NCBI GenBank assembly: GCA_964597895.1
Contig: CAZQZS010000001.1
Coordinates: 9,238 to 73,237 of the forward strand
Length of the DNA: 64,000 nt
From: an uncultured Candidatus Saccharibacteria bacterium
Lineage (GTDB): Bacteria; Patescibacteriota; Doudnabacteria; UBA920
Reading direction: 5' to 3'
Translations under genes and position numbers: made by a program
In this document: piece after piece, positions 54,943-64,000 of the stretch
How the letters are laid out: each line of letters begins with the position of its first letter
Position numbering within the stretch: the first letter of the stretch is position 1
The notes under the pieces: model-generated
Seen by the model: only the letters and a program-made list of their open reading frames with translations
Database searches by the model: none
Told to the model about the DNA's origin: nothing

Positions 54943-56190
54943 ATGCCAAGAGAACAATACATAGTCGGTCTTGATATCGGAACCCAGAACATTAGGGTTG
55001 TTCAAGGCAAAGTAGAAGAAAACGGCCACGTAAATATCATTGGCGCCAGCTCAGTTCCCGCAGTGGGGCTGCGCCGCGGCGTTATCGTTGATATTGACGA
55101 GGCCGTTTCTTCTATTTCTAATGCTTTAGAGCGGGTTGAGCGCATGACAGGCGTACCAGTTGGCGCAGCTAATGTTGCGGTGGGCGGCAATCACATCGCC
55201 TGCGTTGATTCTAAAGGAGTGATCGCAGTATCAAGAGCTGACGGCGAAATCAGCGAAAATGACGTTGTGCGCGTGATTGACGCATCGCAGGCCATTTCCA
55301 TTCCGCCCAATAGAGAAATTATTCACGTCATTCCAAAAACCTTTACTTTAGACGGACAAGCTGGCATTAAGGATCCCTTAGGGATGACTGGTATCCGTCT
55401 TGAGGTTGAAACCATCCTTATTCACGGTGCAACTCCGTTCATAAAGAATTTACAGAAAGCTATTTTGCAGGCTGGCGTGGAGATTAATCAGCTAGTATTG
55501 TCGCCGCTTGCGGCAGCGAGTGCAGTCCTGTCTAAGCGCCAAAAGGAGCTGGGTGTGGCTGTGGTGGATTTGGGAGCGGGGACTACTAGCCTGGCCGTGT
55601 TTGAAGAAAATAACTTACTGCACACAGCGATCGTTCCTGTTGGCTCCATGCATATCACCAACGACATCGCTATCGGTCTGCGCTGTACAATTGACACTGC
55701 CGAAAAGGTTAAGCTGATGTATGGCCAAGCTTCTGCCAAGCTAATGGACAAGCTGGCCGAGGTAGATTTAAACCGGCTTGATCCAGAAGAAACCGCTGTT
55801 GTCCCTCAAACTTTAGTGGGCGACATCATTGAGGCTCGCCTAGAAGAAATTTTTGACATGGTTGTTCGCGAGATGAAATTAATTGACCGTGACGGCAAAC
55901 TCCCGGCCGGCATTATTTTGACTGGCGGTGGCAGCGCTTTGCCAGGAGTGGTAGAATATGCCAAACATCGCTTTCGGCTGCCGGTGGCGATTGGTGTCCC
56001 TACCGAGATGGATACAGTGATTGATCAAGTCATTGATCCGTCATTTGCAACTGTCGTCGGCCTTTCCCTCTGGGGTGGTGGCCATTCTACTGGCGGCATG
56101 AATTTCAACTTTTTGGGCCCAATTCAAGGGTTGTTAAATCACAAATTTGTGCTAAAATTGAAGCAATGGGTTAAGTCATTTATGCCTTAA
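54943..56190 (+). CDS. ftsA: cell division protein FtsA
   Basis: Actin-like ATPase (VGLDIGTQNIRVV..., DLGAGTTSLAVFE, ILTGGGSALPG), followed by ftsZ. Confidence 0.9.
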   Translation: MPREQYIVGLDIGTQNIRVVQGKVEENGHVNIIGASSVPAVGLRRGVIVDIDEAVSSISNALERVERMTGVPVGAANVAVGGNHIACVDSKGVIAVSRADGEISENDVVRVIDASQAISIPPNREIIHVIPKTFTLDGQAGIKDPLGMTGIRLEVETILIHGATPFIKNLQKAILQAGVEINQLVLSPLAAASAVLSKRQKELGVAVVDLGAGTTSLAVFEENNLLHTAIVPVGSMHITNDIAIGLRCTIDTAEKVKLMYGQASAKLMDKLAEVDLNRLDPEETAVVPQTLVGDIIEARLEEIFDMVVREMKLIDRDGKLPAGIILTGGGSALPGVVEYAKHRFRLPVAIGVPTEMDTVIDQVIDPSFATVVGLSLWGGGHSTGGMNFNFLGPIQGLLNHKFVLKLKQWVKSFMP

Positions 56191-56390
56191 TCGCAGCCGA
56201 ATCGCTCAAAAATAAAACGAAAACGCAAAAATAACAACTGACACTTCAGGTGTCGTCGTAAGTGCGACAACAGGATCGCTTAGAGGCTTTGACTTACACC
56301 TCAGAATTACCTGGTCGTATTGATACCTTCCAACTCTCGTTATTTTGCGTTTTATTATTTATACTTAGGAATAAAATTTAACCAGCTCAC

Positions 56391-57593
56391 ATGAAAAAAG
56401 CCATGGAAGTTAAACCAAAAATTGAGACTTTTGCCCGTATCAAAGTTCTTGGTATTGGCGGCGGCGGCACTTCAGCAGTTAGCCGTATGTCTGAATGGGG
56501 GATCAAGGGTGTTGAGTTTGTATCAGTTAATACCGATGCCCAAGCTTTGCATAATAATCAAGCCGACCGTAAGGTACATATCGGTAAATCAATTACTAAA
56601 GGTCTCGGCAGTGGTATGAATCCCGAATTGGGTCGTCAAGCTGCCGAAGAAAGCCAAGAAGAAATTGAGGACGCGATTGCTAATGCTGACATGATTTTTA
56701 TCACTTGTGGTTTAGGTGGTGGTACCGGTACTGGCGCTGCGCCAATCGTTGCCGAGCTCGCTAAGAACCGCGACATTTTGACTATCGCGGTCGTTACTAA
56801 ACCATTCACCTTTGAAGGAAGCAAGCGCCGTGAGGTGGCTGAGACTGGTTACGATAATCTAAAAGATAAAGTGGACGCGATTATTTCTATCCAGAACGAT
56901 CGTATTTTACAAATTATTGATAAAAAGACTTCCATCATGGACGCCTTTAAGACCGTAGATGAAGTCTTGCGCCAAGGTATTGCTGGTATCTCAGATTTGA
57001 TTACCACCCATGGTTTGGTGAATGCAGACTTTGCCGACGTGCGCACGATTATGCAGAACGCAGGTACCGCTATGATGGGTATCGGTTCTGCGTCTGGTGA
57101 AAACCGTGCGGAGCTGGCTGCAAAGGCTGCAGTAAATTCCCCGTTGCTGGACATGACTATTGATGGAGCTAGCGGCGTTCTATTTAACATCACTGGCGGC
57201 GGCGATCTTGGAATGTTTGAAATTGACGAAGCCGCTAAGGTTATCACCAAGAATGTTGATCCAGATGCAACCGTCAAGTTTGGTACCGTAGTGGACGAAA
57301 GCATGGGCGATGAAATCCGCATCACTGTTATTGCAACAGGGTTTGATGAAAATAATCGTCGTGCCGCGCCGATTTCTTTCTCGCCGGTAGAAGATAGGGA
57401 ATACACTCAGAAGCCTGCTCCTGCACCAGCTATTAACCCTATTTTTGAGGATGAGGTAGCCGAGGTGGAACCTACAGTGCGTCGTCCGCTGTTTAAGCCA
57501 AAACCAGTGGAACCGGTTCAGTCTATGAGCGACGATACGGCAACAGACGATGAGCTGGATATTCCTGCGTTTATACGTAAGAAAATGAAATAA
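56391..57593 (+). CDS. ftsZ: cell division protein FtsZ
   Basis: Tubulin signature GGGTGTGAAPIVAEL, T7 loop (NVDFADVRT), and a C-terminal conserved peptide (DDELDIPAFIRKK). Confidence 0.95.
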   Translation: MKKAMEVKPKIETFARIKVLGIGGGGTSAVSRMSEWGIKGVEFVSVNTDAQALHNNQADRKVHIGKSITKGLGSGMNPELGRQAAEESQEEIEDAIANADMIFITCGLGGGTGTGAAPIVAELAKNRDILTIAVVTKPFTFEGSKRREVAETGYDNLKDKVDAIISIQNDRILQIIDKKTSIMDAFKTVDEVLRQGIAGISDLITTHGLVNADFADVRTIMQNAGTAMMGIGSASGENRAELAAKAAVNSPLLDMTIDGASGVLFNITGGGDLGMFEIDEAAKVITKNVDPDATVKFGTVVDESMGDEIRITVIATGFDENNRRAAPISFSPVEDREYTQKPAPAPAINPIFEDEVAEVEPTVRRPLFKPKPVEPVQSMSDDTATDDELDIPAFIRKKMK

Positions 57594-57597
57594 TCTA

Positions 57598-57625
57598 CAC
57601 CCCGCCACCAGGCGGGGTTTTTGTT
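57598..57625 (+). terminator. terminator CCCCGCC-acca-GGCGGGG + TTTTTGTT
   Basis: Perfect 7-bp GC stem plus U-tract after ftsZ. Confidence 0.7.
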
Positions 57626-57744
57626 AATTGAAATCTGGTTTTGGAAAAACGGGGTAGGGAAGTGGAAAACTCTGGCTTTATTTCAAAAAGTATGCTATAA
57701 TAATAAAGTAATAAGACTCTGCGAAACAAAAACAAAGTTCAGCT

Positions 57745-58116
57745 ATGTCCGAAAAACCATATTCATCCTATATTAAGGATCATAAGAGTATGATCCTGAG
57801 AGATTATTTGGCCGTTGACCGCACTATTCTAACCAATGAGACTGCATTTATGGCTTATGTCCGCACCTCATTGGCACTCCTAGCAGCCGGCGTGTCTTTG
57901 ATCAAATTTTTTAATGACCCTGTCATGCATGTATTGGGTTGGGCGTTTATGGGGGTTGGTACAGTTCTAGCTATGTATGGCTATAATCGCTACCGTCAGG
58001 TGGATAACTTAATGCACCAGGTCAAGGGCGACATAATGAATGAACACATTAAGGGCACAAAAAAGGCCAAAGAAGTGTCCAGTTGGGCTCTCAAGCTGTT
58101 CCGCAAACAAAACTAA
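57745..58116 (+). CDS. DUF202 (YidH-family) membrane protein
   Basis: LRDYLAVDRTILTNETAFMAYVRTSLALLAAGVSL is the conserved DUF202 pattern. Two TM helices. Confidence 0.7.
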   Translation: MSEKPYSSYIKDHKSMILRDYLAVDRTILTNETAFMAYVRTSLALLAAGVSLIKFFNDPVMHVLGWAFMGVGTVLAMYGYNRYRQVDNLMHQVKGDIMNEHIKGTKKAKEVSSWALKLFRKQN

Positions 58117-58137
58117 ACGCCGTCAGGCGTTTTTGTT
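58115..58137 (+). terminator. terminator ACGCC-gtca-GGCGT + TTTTGTT
   Basis: Hairpin immediately after the stop. Confidence 0.6.
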
Positions 58138-58290
58138 ATACTAAAAATACCATACGGATTAGCCCAAGGAGGAATGTAACAGCCAACAATTATAATTTTC
58201 CAGCAGAAGAGCATGCTTCGGTTGCGGATAGCGCCTATATCATTGAAGTACAGGTGGAAGCTCTAAGAGAGTACTGTTTGTCCCATTTTT

Positions 58291-58602
58291 TTGCGCATAA
58301 TCACTGAAGGTACCGATCGTGAATCTTTAGAGTCTGAACTATTGCCCAAATTTGGGTATGTAGCTCAGATAAGTCACGGAGAGCTGACTACATCCAAACC
58401 GTTCTTGTTGTTAGTTTTGAATGAAGGGGCTTTGATTGATGGTTTGATTGTGGAGTTCAAGGACTGCGCAGAAATTGAGATTCAACTTGTGATTGAGGAA
58501 ATTATCAACGTTGCTGGACGAGTAATTGATTTTATTGCTCGGATGACCGAATGGGAGCTCATTGGAGATCTGAATACTGAGTGTTATTTTATTGAACACT
58601 AG
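58291..58602 (+). CDS. hypothetical protein (103 aa), TTG start without obvious RBS
   Basis: ORF only; followed by a good terminator. Low support. Confidence 0.3.
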   Translation: MRIITEGTDRESLESELLPKFGYVAQISHGELTTSKPFLLLVLNEGALIDGLIVEFKDCAEIEIQLVIEEIINVAGRVIDFIARMTEWELIGDLNTECYFIEH

Positions 58603-58632
58603 CCACGTTTCTAGCGCGTGGCTTTTTGTTTT
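58600..58632 (+). terminator. terminator AGCCACG-tttctagcg-CGTGGCT + TTTTGTTTT
   Basis: 7-bp stem plus U-tract. Confidence 0.65.
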
Positions 58633-58658
58633 GCTGATTGTCTTGATATAATTTCTGT

Positions 58659-59873
58659 ATGACAAGAATTGAGCCAAGAACATTAAAAGGCTTTCGCGAT
58701 TATTCTGCTAATGAGCAGTTTGCGCGGCAAGCCATGTTTGCCAAAATTCAAACTGTGTTTGAGCAGTTTGGCTTTTCGCCATTGTCTACTCCAGCTTTGG
58801 AATATAAAGAGATTTTGATGGGAAAATATGGCGACGACGAAAAATTGGTTTACTCTTTTAAAGATAATGGCGATCGTGATGTTGCGATGCGTTACGATTT
58901 GACAGTTCCTTTAGCACGCTACGTGGCGCAGAATCAAGGCTCCTTGCAGTGGCCGTTCAAGCGCTATCAGATTGCGCCAGTGTGGAGGGCAGACAACCCT
59001 CAAAAAGGCAGGCTCCGCGAGTTTTATCAGTGTGATGTAGATGTTGTTGGTAGTGATGCAGAACTGGCAGACGCCGAGGTGATAGCCTGTGCCGCCAAAG
59101 CTGTAGAGGCGGTTGGGGTAACTAACTATAAAATTTTAATCAATGATCGAAGTATTCTTTCTGCGTTTTCTGAGGATGCGATTCGAATTTTAGATAAAGT
59201 CCAAAAAATTGGTGTAGATGGGATGGTCGCAGAGATGCGCGAGCGGGGAGTGAGTAGTACCGAAATAGAGCAAGCGAAAAGTTTGATCGGTGGTTCTAAA
59301 CCAACAATACCGCAACGACTCTCAAGGGTGATCAGCCTGCTTCAGCAGTTTGGTCTGAAAGGTCAAATAGAATTTGACCCCAGTATAGCTCGGGGGCTGG
59401 ATTATTATTCCGGGACAGTTTTTGAAACTGTCCTCCCGGAGAAGCCTGAGTATGGCAGTATTTGCAGCGGTGGCCGTTATGACGGGCTGGTTAATAATTT
59501 TTCCGAAACCCCATTGCCAGCCGTTGGGGCTAGTATTGGCATAGATCGTTTGTATGGAGCGTTGGATGAGCTTGGATTATTACCAAGACCAGAAGTTAAT
59601 TCGGTTCTGATTGTAAACGTAGAGGCTGAACTGACCGCTGATTATGTTCAGCTGGCTGCGGAGCTGCGAGTGAATGGTTTGGCGGCAGAAGTTTATTATG
59701 AAGCCGCGAAGCTTGATAAGCAATTTAAATATGCCGAGCGAAAAGGGATAAATTGGGCTGTCATCATTGGCAGCGCCGAAAAATCCAATAATAAAGTTCA
59801 GCTTAAGAACCTCTCAACTCGGGAGCAGCAGGAATTGAATAAATCAGAGTTACTGGATAAATTGGCTTCTTAA
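58659..59873 (+). CDS. hisS: histidine--tRNA ligase (canonical)
   Basis: GFRDY (motif 1 region), intact motif 2 (FKRYQIAPVWRADNPQKGRLREFYQCDVDVVG), motif 3 region (GGRYDGL), and a C-terminal anticodon-binding domain. Confidence 0.9.
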   Translation: MTRIEPRTLKGFRDYSANEQFARQAMFAKIQTVFEQFGFSPLSTPALEYKEILMGKYGDDEKLVYSFKDNGDRDVAMRYDLTVPLARYVAQNQGSLQWPFKRYQIAPVWRADNPQKGRLREFYQCDVDVVGSDAELADAEVIACAAKAVEAVGVTNYKILINDRSILSAFSEDAIRILDKVQKIGVDGMVAEMRERGVSSTEIEQAKSLIGGSKPTIPQRLSRVISLLQQFGLKGQIEFDPSIARGLDYYSGTVFETVLPEKPEYGSICSGGRYDGLVNNFSETPLPAVGASIGIDRLYGALDELGLLPRPEVNSVLIVNVEAELTADYVQLAAELRVNGLAAEVYYEAAKLDKQFKYAERKGINWAVIIGSAEKSNNKVQLKNLSTREQQELNKSELLDKLAS

Positions 59874-59918
59874 TTTTTTCTGGAACAAAATTTGAACAGC
59901 CGGAATTACAATTAGTTC

Positions 59919-61370
59919 ATGGCTGTTTTTATTTTGCCTGGTTTGTGTGTAGGGTTTTTGGCTGGATTGGTTACAGGGTTATCAGTTGCCTTGCCCGGCT
60001 TGGTGGTGGCCGGTCTATTGGCAGGGTTTTTGTCTGCCGTAATCTTAGCTTGGCGCTATGAAATTAAACTGCTGTTCGTAGTTTCGTTATTTTTTATTGG
60101 CCTCAGTTTTGGCGCGATGAGCTGGGTTAACGCTCAGAGCGTTAGCCAATATAGCCAGCTATATAATCAGGAGGTTGTTATCAAGGCTAAGGTTTTATCT
60201 GAGCCAGAAACAACCTCTGGCGGCAATCAGGCCGTTTATTTACAACCAGAAAATTTTTCCCAGCTGGTACGAGTTAGCTTGTTTAATTATGCCTACGTCA
60301 AGCAAGAACAAACTGTATTAGCTACCGGCGTTCTGAAACAGCCAGAAAATTTTAGCGGCTTTAATTATGTGAAGTATTTGCAGTATCGGGGTGTACACGC
60401 AGAATTAAAACGCGCAAGAATTTATGTTATTGATGCTAAACAAAATTGGCACGAGGAGCAACTGCGTGAATTACGCAATCGCATTATCCGTCTTGCCGAA
60501 CAGCGGTTATCTGCGACTGGCTCGGCGATTGTTTTAGGTGTACTAGTCGGGCAGAGGGATAAATTGCCAGATGGTCTCCATGAATCTTATCAACGGGTTG
60601 GCCTAATCCATATTTTAGTTGTCTCTGGTTACAACCTCACTATCTTGGCCAGCGGCGTAGGGGTGATGGGTTATGTGCTGGGCAGAAGATTAGCCGACGC
60701 GACCGCATTAACCATGATTTGGTTGTTTGTAATTTTAGTTGGAGCGGAAAGTTCGGTGGTTCGTGCTGGTATCATGGCGAGCGTACTGATTATCTCACGT
60801 TCAATGGGCAGAGTTACCGGCTCATATTTGCTGCTGCTCTACGCAGTGACTGCGATGGCTGCGATAAATCCATTACGTCTATTTTATGACATCGGTTTAC
60901 AGCTAAGCGTTGCCGCAACTTTTGGAGTGTTGACTGCTAATCACCTTAGAAGGGTTCTTAATAGAACTGGCAGCTGGGGCGAGCTTATCTGGAGTAGTGG
61001 CGGCGCAATTCTCGCTACGGCGCCGCTAATTGCTTTATATTTTGGTACTTTGAGTCTGATGGCTCCCGTAGCTAATCTGTTAATTTTACCCATGATTCCT
61101 GCCTTGATGCTGTTCGGCGGCCTTTCTCTCTTACCGCTCATGGGTCAGTGGTTTGCTGTCATTGGCGAACTGCTAGTAAGTTTGCAAATCAACATAGTCC
61201 GCAGGTTAGCAGAATTGCCTTTCAGTCAGATAAATTTTACCCTATCAATTGAAGGATTATTAGCGTATTATGCCTTCATTCTGGCTATGCTATCTTTGTT
61301 CTATAACTATAAAAATACTAGGTTGAAAAAAACTGCCCAAACTGATACGATGACTAAAATAATAATCTAA
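59919..61370 (+). CDS. comEC: ComEC/Rec2-family DNA internalisation channel protein (no C-terminal beta-lactamase domain)
   Basis: N-terminal TM helices (DUF4131-like) and the competence-domain core (LIHILVVSGYNLTILASGVGV...VRAGIMASVLI...). Confidence 0.75.
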   Translation: MAVFILPGLCVGFLAGLVTGLSVALPGLVVAGLLAGFLSAVILAWRYEIKLLFVVSLFFIGLSFGAMSWVNAQSVSQYSQLYNQEVVIKAKVLSEPETTSGGNQAVYLQPENFSQLVRVSLFNYAYVKQEQTVLATGVLKQPENFSGFNYVKYLQYRGVHAELKRARIYVIDAKQNWHEEQLRELRNRIIRLAEQRLSATGSAIVLGVLVGQRDKLPDGLHESYQRVGLIHILVVSGYNLTILASGVGVMGYVLGRRLADATALTMIWLFVILVGAESSVVRAGIMASVLIISRSMGRVTGSYLLLLYAVTAMAAINPLRLFYDIGLQLSVAATFGVLTANHLRRVLNRTGSWGELIWSSGGAILATAPLIALYFGTLSLMAPVANLLILPMIPALMLFGGLSLLPLMGQWFAVIGELLVSLQINIVRRLAELPFSQINFTLSIEGLLAYYAFILAMLSLFYNYKNTRLKKTAQTDTMTKIII

Positions 61371-61374
61371 ATAC

Positions 61375-62052
61375 ATGAATAAAAACATCGCTTACATAAT
61401 CATTGGTGTGATTATTGTGGCTGTAGTTGCATGGCTGCTACTTCGGAACAATGATAATACTGAGCAATTAAATTCTAACCAAACAACTAATTCCATGAAT
61501 CAAACCGATACCCCAACTCAAACCGAAACTACCCCGCCGACAGCCACTGAAACCATTGAAGGCAACATGGTGGTAATGGAGGTAAAAGATTTTGGTACCA
61601 TCAAAATTCAGCTGAACACCCAAGCAGCTCCACAGACTTCTGCTAACTTTTTAAAACTTGTCCAAGAAAAATTCTATGATGGTTTAACTTTCCACCGGAT
61701 TGCCAAGAACTTTGTAATCCAAGGCGGTGATCCTAAAGGTGATGGCACCGGCGGTCCTGGCTACACTGTTCCTGCAGAAATCGGCCTTAAGCACACTAAG
61801 GGCGCGATTGCTATGGCAAGATTAGGCGATCAGGCTAATCCTACCAAAGCTTCATCGGGTAGCCAGTTCTATATTGCTCTAAATGATTTACCAATGCTTG
61901 ATGGCGAATACACAGTATTTGGCCAAGTCGTAGAGGGGATGGATGTTGTAGAAAAGATTGGTGCTGTGCCAATTGAAGCTGGTCCGTTCGGTGGCGAAGA
62001 TGGCCCGCCCCAGAGCCCAGTAGTGATTACATCAGTAACAATTTCTAAATAA
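61375..62052 (+). CDS. membrane-anchored cyclophilin-type peptidyl-prolyl cis-trans isomerase
   Basis: TM anchor plus T/P-rich linker, then a cyclophilin core (FHRIAKNFVIQGGDP...GPGY...SQFYIAL). Confidence 0.85.
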   Translation: MNKNIAYIIIGVIIVAVVAWLLLRNNDNTEQLNSNQTTNSMNQTDTPTQTETTPPTATETIEGNMVVMEVKDFGTIKIQLNTQAAPQTSANFLKLVQEKFYDGLTFHRIAKNFVIQGGDPKGDGTGGPGYTVPAEIGLKHTKGAIAMARLGDQANPTKASSGSQFYIALNDLPMLDGEYTVFGQVVEGMDVVEKIGAVPIEAGPFGGEDGPPQSPVVITSVTISK

Positions 62053-62053
62053 T

Positions 62054-62566
62054 ATGAGTCACGAAGAAACAATTGAACGAACTTTGGTTTTACTAAAGCC
62101 TGACGCAGTTGATCGTGGTTTAGTAGGGGAGATTACCACCCGTTTTGAACGCGTGGGTCTAAAGATTGTCGGTATGAAGATGCTGGTCCCGTCTCATGAC
62201 CACGCTTCAGGCCACTACACTGAGGACTTGGCTATTCGTCGCGGCGAGCATGTTCGCAACTTAATGATTGATATGCTGATTTCCGGTCCAATCATCGCCA
62301 TGGTTCTAGAGGGCATTGAAGCTGTGGAGTTAGTGCGCAAGATGATTGGCAGCACCGAACCCAAAGCTTCAGCTCCTGGCACTATCCGAGGCGATTATTC
62401 TCATGTTTCTTTTAAGCACGTGGACAAGCACAACTCCAAGCTGTATAATCTGATTCACGGTTCGTCTAGTGTAGAAGAAGCTAATCAAGAAATTTCTGTG
62501 TGGTTTGATGCAACCGAATTGGTTGAGCACGAACCAACGTACACAAAGAATACTTTAAATAAGTAA
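62054..62566 (+). CDS. ndk: nucleoside-diphosphate kinase
   Basis: RTLVLLKPDAV, GxxTxxRGD (GTIRGDY), and NLIHGSSS (active-site His). Confidence 0.9.
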   Translation: MSHEETIERTLVLLKPDAVDRGLVGEITTRFERVGLKIVGMKMLVPSHDHASGHYTEDLAIRRGEHVRNLMIDMLISGPIIAMVLEGIEAVELVRKMIGSTEPKASAPGTIRGDYSHVSFKHVDKHNSKLYNLIHGSSSVEEANQEISVWFDATELVEHEPTYTKNTLNK

Positions 62567-62568
62567 AA

Positions 62569-62597
62569 TAAATCCCGCTATGCGGGTTTTATTTTTT
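62569..62597. terminator. bidirectional terminator AATCCCGC-tat-GCGGGTTTT + ATTTTTT
   Basis: Between the ndk stop and the convergent rel gene stop. Confidence 0.7.
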
Positions 62598-64000
62598 GCG
62601 GAAGAAAGTCGGCAGTGGAGGAATGCGCGAGGAAATGTCTTGCAGCTTGAGCTCGCGCACTCGCTGGAAAATGCCTTTATCGTTTTCTTGGAGGTATTTG
62701 CGAATCAGTGATCGCGCGTGACTGGTCTTAGCCACTACTAACCAATCACGCGAAGGCGTGGCTGCCTTTTTAGATTTCAAAATTTCTACCACATCGCCTT
62801 GAGCGAGCTCATCGGTAATTTTTGCAATCTTGCCGTTGATTTTGGCACCCATCATTTGGTAGCCCAAATCAGAATGAACAGCAAAGGCAAAGTCAATCAC
62901 GCTGGCACCGACCGGCAAATCTTTTACGTCGCCCTTGGGAGTCAGCACAAAGATACGGTCTTTAAAGAAATCTATTTTTAACCCTTCCAAGAATTCTTCT
63001 GGGTGGGCGGCCATCTCTTCTTGCCAAGCGCGTAGCTCTGCGAACCAGGTTTCGCCTTTGTTTAACTCTTTTGGCTTGCCCTTTTCTTCATAGAACCAGT
63101 GGGCGGCAATACCGCGTTCAGCGGTCTCGTGCATCAAGTCGGTGCGGATTTGCACCTCAAATACTTCTCCGGACTTATCAAACACGGTGGTGTGAATGCT
63201 CTGATAGCCATTTGGTTTTGGGGTAGCGATAAAATCTTTTACTCGTCCGGGTACCGGATTGAAGTGTTTGTGAATGATGCCTAAGGCTGCGTAACAATCC
63301 CCAGTGGAGCGGGTGATAATCCGGAGCGCGTGCAGATCGTAAATTTTGGTAATGTCGTTTTCGTAGCGCTGCAGCTTTTTATACAAAGAATAAATGCGCT
63401 TGGTGCGGCCGGTTATATCTTCAAATTTTATTCCTTCTAGTTTTAAGATCTGCGACAATTCCTTTTGCATCTCTTTAATGTTCTTGTCGCGCTTTGCAAG
63501 TTCTGTTTCTAGGGCAGCTTTAGTTTCGTTATATTCTTTTGGCGAAACAATTTGAAAAGCCAAATCTTCCAGCTCATCTTTCCATGAACCGATACCGAGG
63601 CGGCCGGCAATCGGAGCGTACATTTCTAAAGTTTCCGAAGCGATCTTTTGCTGCTTGTCTTCTGGTAGCGCGCCCAGGGTGCGCATGTTGTGTAGCCGGT
63701 CTGCGAGCTTGATGAGCATTACCCTTACGTCTTGCGAAGTGGCAATGAACATTTTTCGCAGGTTTTCTACATAGTACTCATCTTTGCTGTTGCGCAGGCG
63801 CACGTGGCCGAGCTTGGTGACGCCATCTACCAGACCCGCGACTTCATCGCCAAACTCTTTTATTAACTGCTCGTGAGTGGTTTGAGTGTCTTCGGTTATA
63901 TCATGTAGAATGGTTGCGCAAATGGTCGCGGCGTCCGGAAAGATTTGCCCCAAAATAGTTGCTGCAGAAATCGGGTGCATAATAAAATCTTCGCCGCTTT
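62589..64000 (-). CDS. rel: RelA/SpoT-family (p)ppGpp synthetase/hydrolase, C-terminal ~470 codons; N-terminus beyond window end
   Basis: HD hydrolase motif (ILHDITEDT), synthetase domain (...GRVKDFIATPKPNGYQSIHTTV...), and a TGS-like region. The HD domain starts upstream of the ATG at 63980, so the gene is truncated by the window. Confidence 0.85.
   Translation of the reverse strand, partial: SGEDFIMHPISAATILGQIFPDAATICATILHDITEDTQTTHEQLIKEFGDEVAGLVDGVTKLGHVRLRNSKDEYYVENLRKMFIATSQDVRVMLIKLADRLHNMRTLGALPEDKQQKIASETLEMYAPIAGRLGIGSWKDELEDLAFQIVSPKEYNETKAALETELAKRDKNIKEMQKELSQILKLEGIKFEDITGRTKRIYSLYKKLQRYENDITKIYDLHALRIITRSTGDCYAALGIIHKHFNPVPGRVKDFIATPKPNGYQSIHTTVFDKSGEVFEVQIRTDLMHETAERGIAAHWFYEEKGKPKELNKGETWFAELRAWQEEMAAHPEEFLEGLKIDFFKDRIFVLTPKGDVKDLPVGASVIDFAFAVHSDLGYQMMGAKINGKIAKITDELAQGDVVEILKSKKAATPSRDWLVVAKTSHARSLIRKYLQENDKGIFQRVRELKLQDISSRIPPLPTFFRKK

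Noticed and set aside
58166-58179. AAGGAGG-aATG-TAA start-stop mini-ORF as a regulatory element
   Set aside because: SD to ATG spacing is only ~1 nt, incompatible with initiation. Probably a chance SD-like sequence in the spacer.

Overview
This 64 kb window looks like a chromosomal segment of a small, AT-leaning genome with Gram-positive/CPR-like features (RNase J, LCP protein, DprA, ComEC, CapA). There is no rRNA, no CRISPR array and no integrase or transposase.

About 70 protein genes are mostly housekeeping:
- Translation and RNA: tsaD (5' part), efp, rpsF-ssb-rpsR, ychF, trpS, rnj, pth, der, rpsU-yqeY, two HisRS paralogs, and a RelA/SpoT gene running off the 3' edge.
- Repair and replication: uvrC, uvrA, topA.
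- Heat shock: a CIRCE-controlled hrcA-grpE-dnaK unit with dnaJ separated from it.
- Division and secretion: ftsA-ftsZ, lepB, secG.
- Redox: two trxB-type reductases flanking gdh (one preceded by a CsoR/CstR-like repressor), and an extracytoplasmic thiol-disulfide module (Trx-like / CcdA / TlpA-like).
- Metabolism: phosphomannomutase/phosphoglucomutase, NDH-2, ndk, cyclophilin.

RNA genes are tRNA-Glu(TTC), tRNA-Leu(CAG), tRNA-Lys(TTT) and one aberrant 72-nt tRNA-like element.

The most unusual content is non-coding:
- A ~97-nt multi-helix hairpin occurs twice, at 49897-49993 and 8852-8952, in opposite orientations. Three helices show compensatory changes while the bulges and loops stay identical.
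- A second dispersed repeat family of about 75-106 bp has inverted GTCATTCC...GGATGAC termini and three copies.
- A promoter-to-terminator bounded ~430 bp non-coding locus at 46.5-46.9 kb contains three degenerate 33-bp direct repeats and a 20-bp-stem hairpin.
- A 19-bp duplication of the tRNA-Leu 3' end looks like an att-site relic.

Several self-contained operons of small uncharacterised proteins lie at 12.1-13.5, 15.0-15.8 and 16.9-17.6 kb. Promoters, terminators and start sites were called by eye; no searches or RNA folding could be run.
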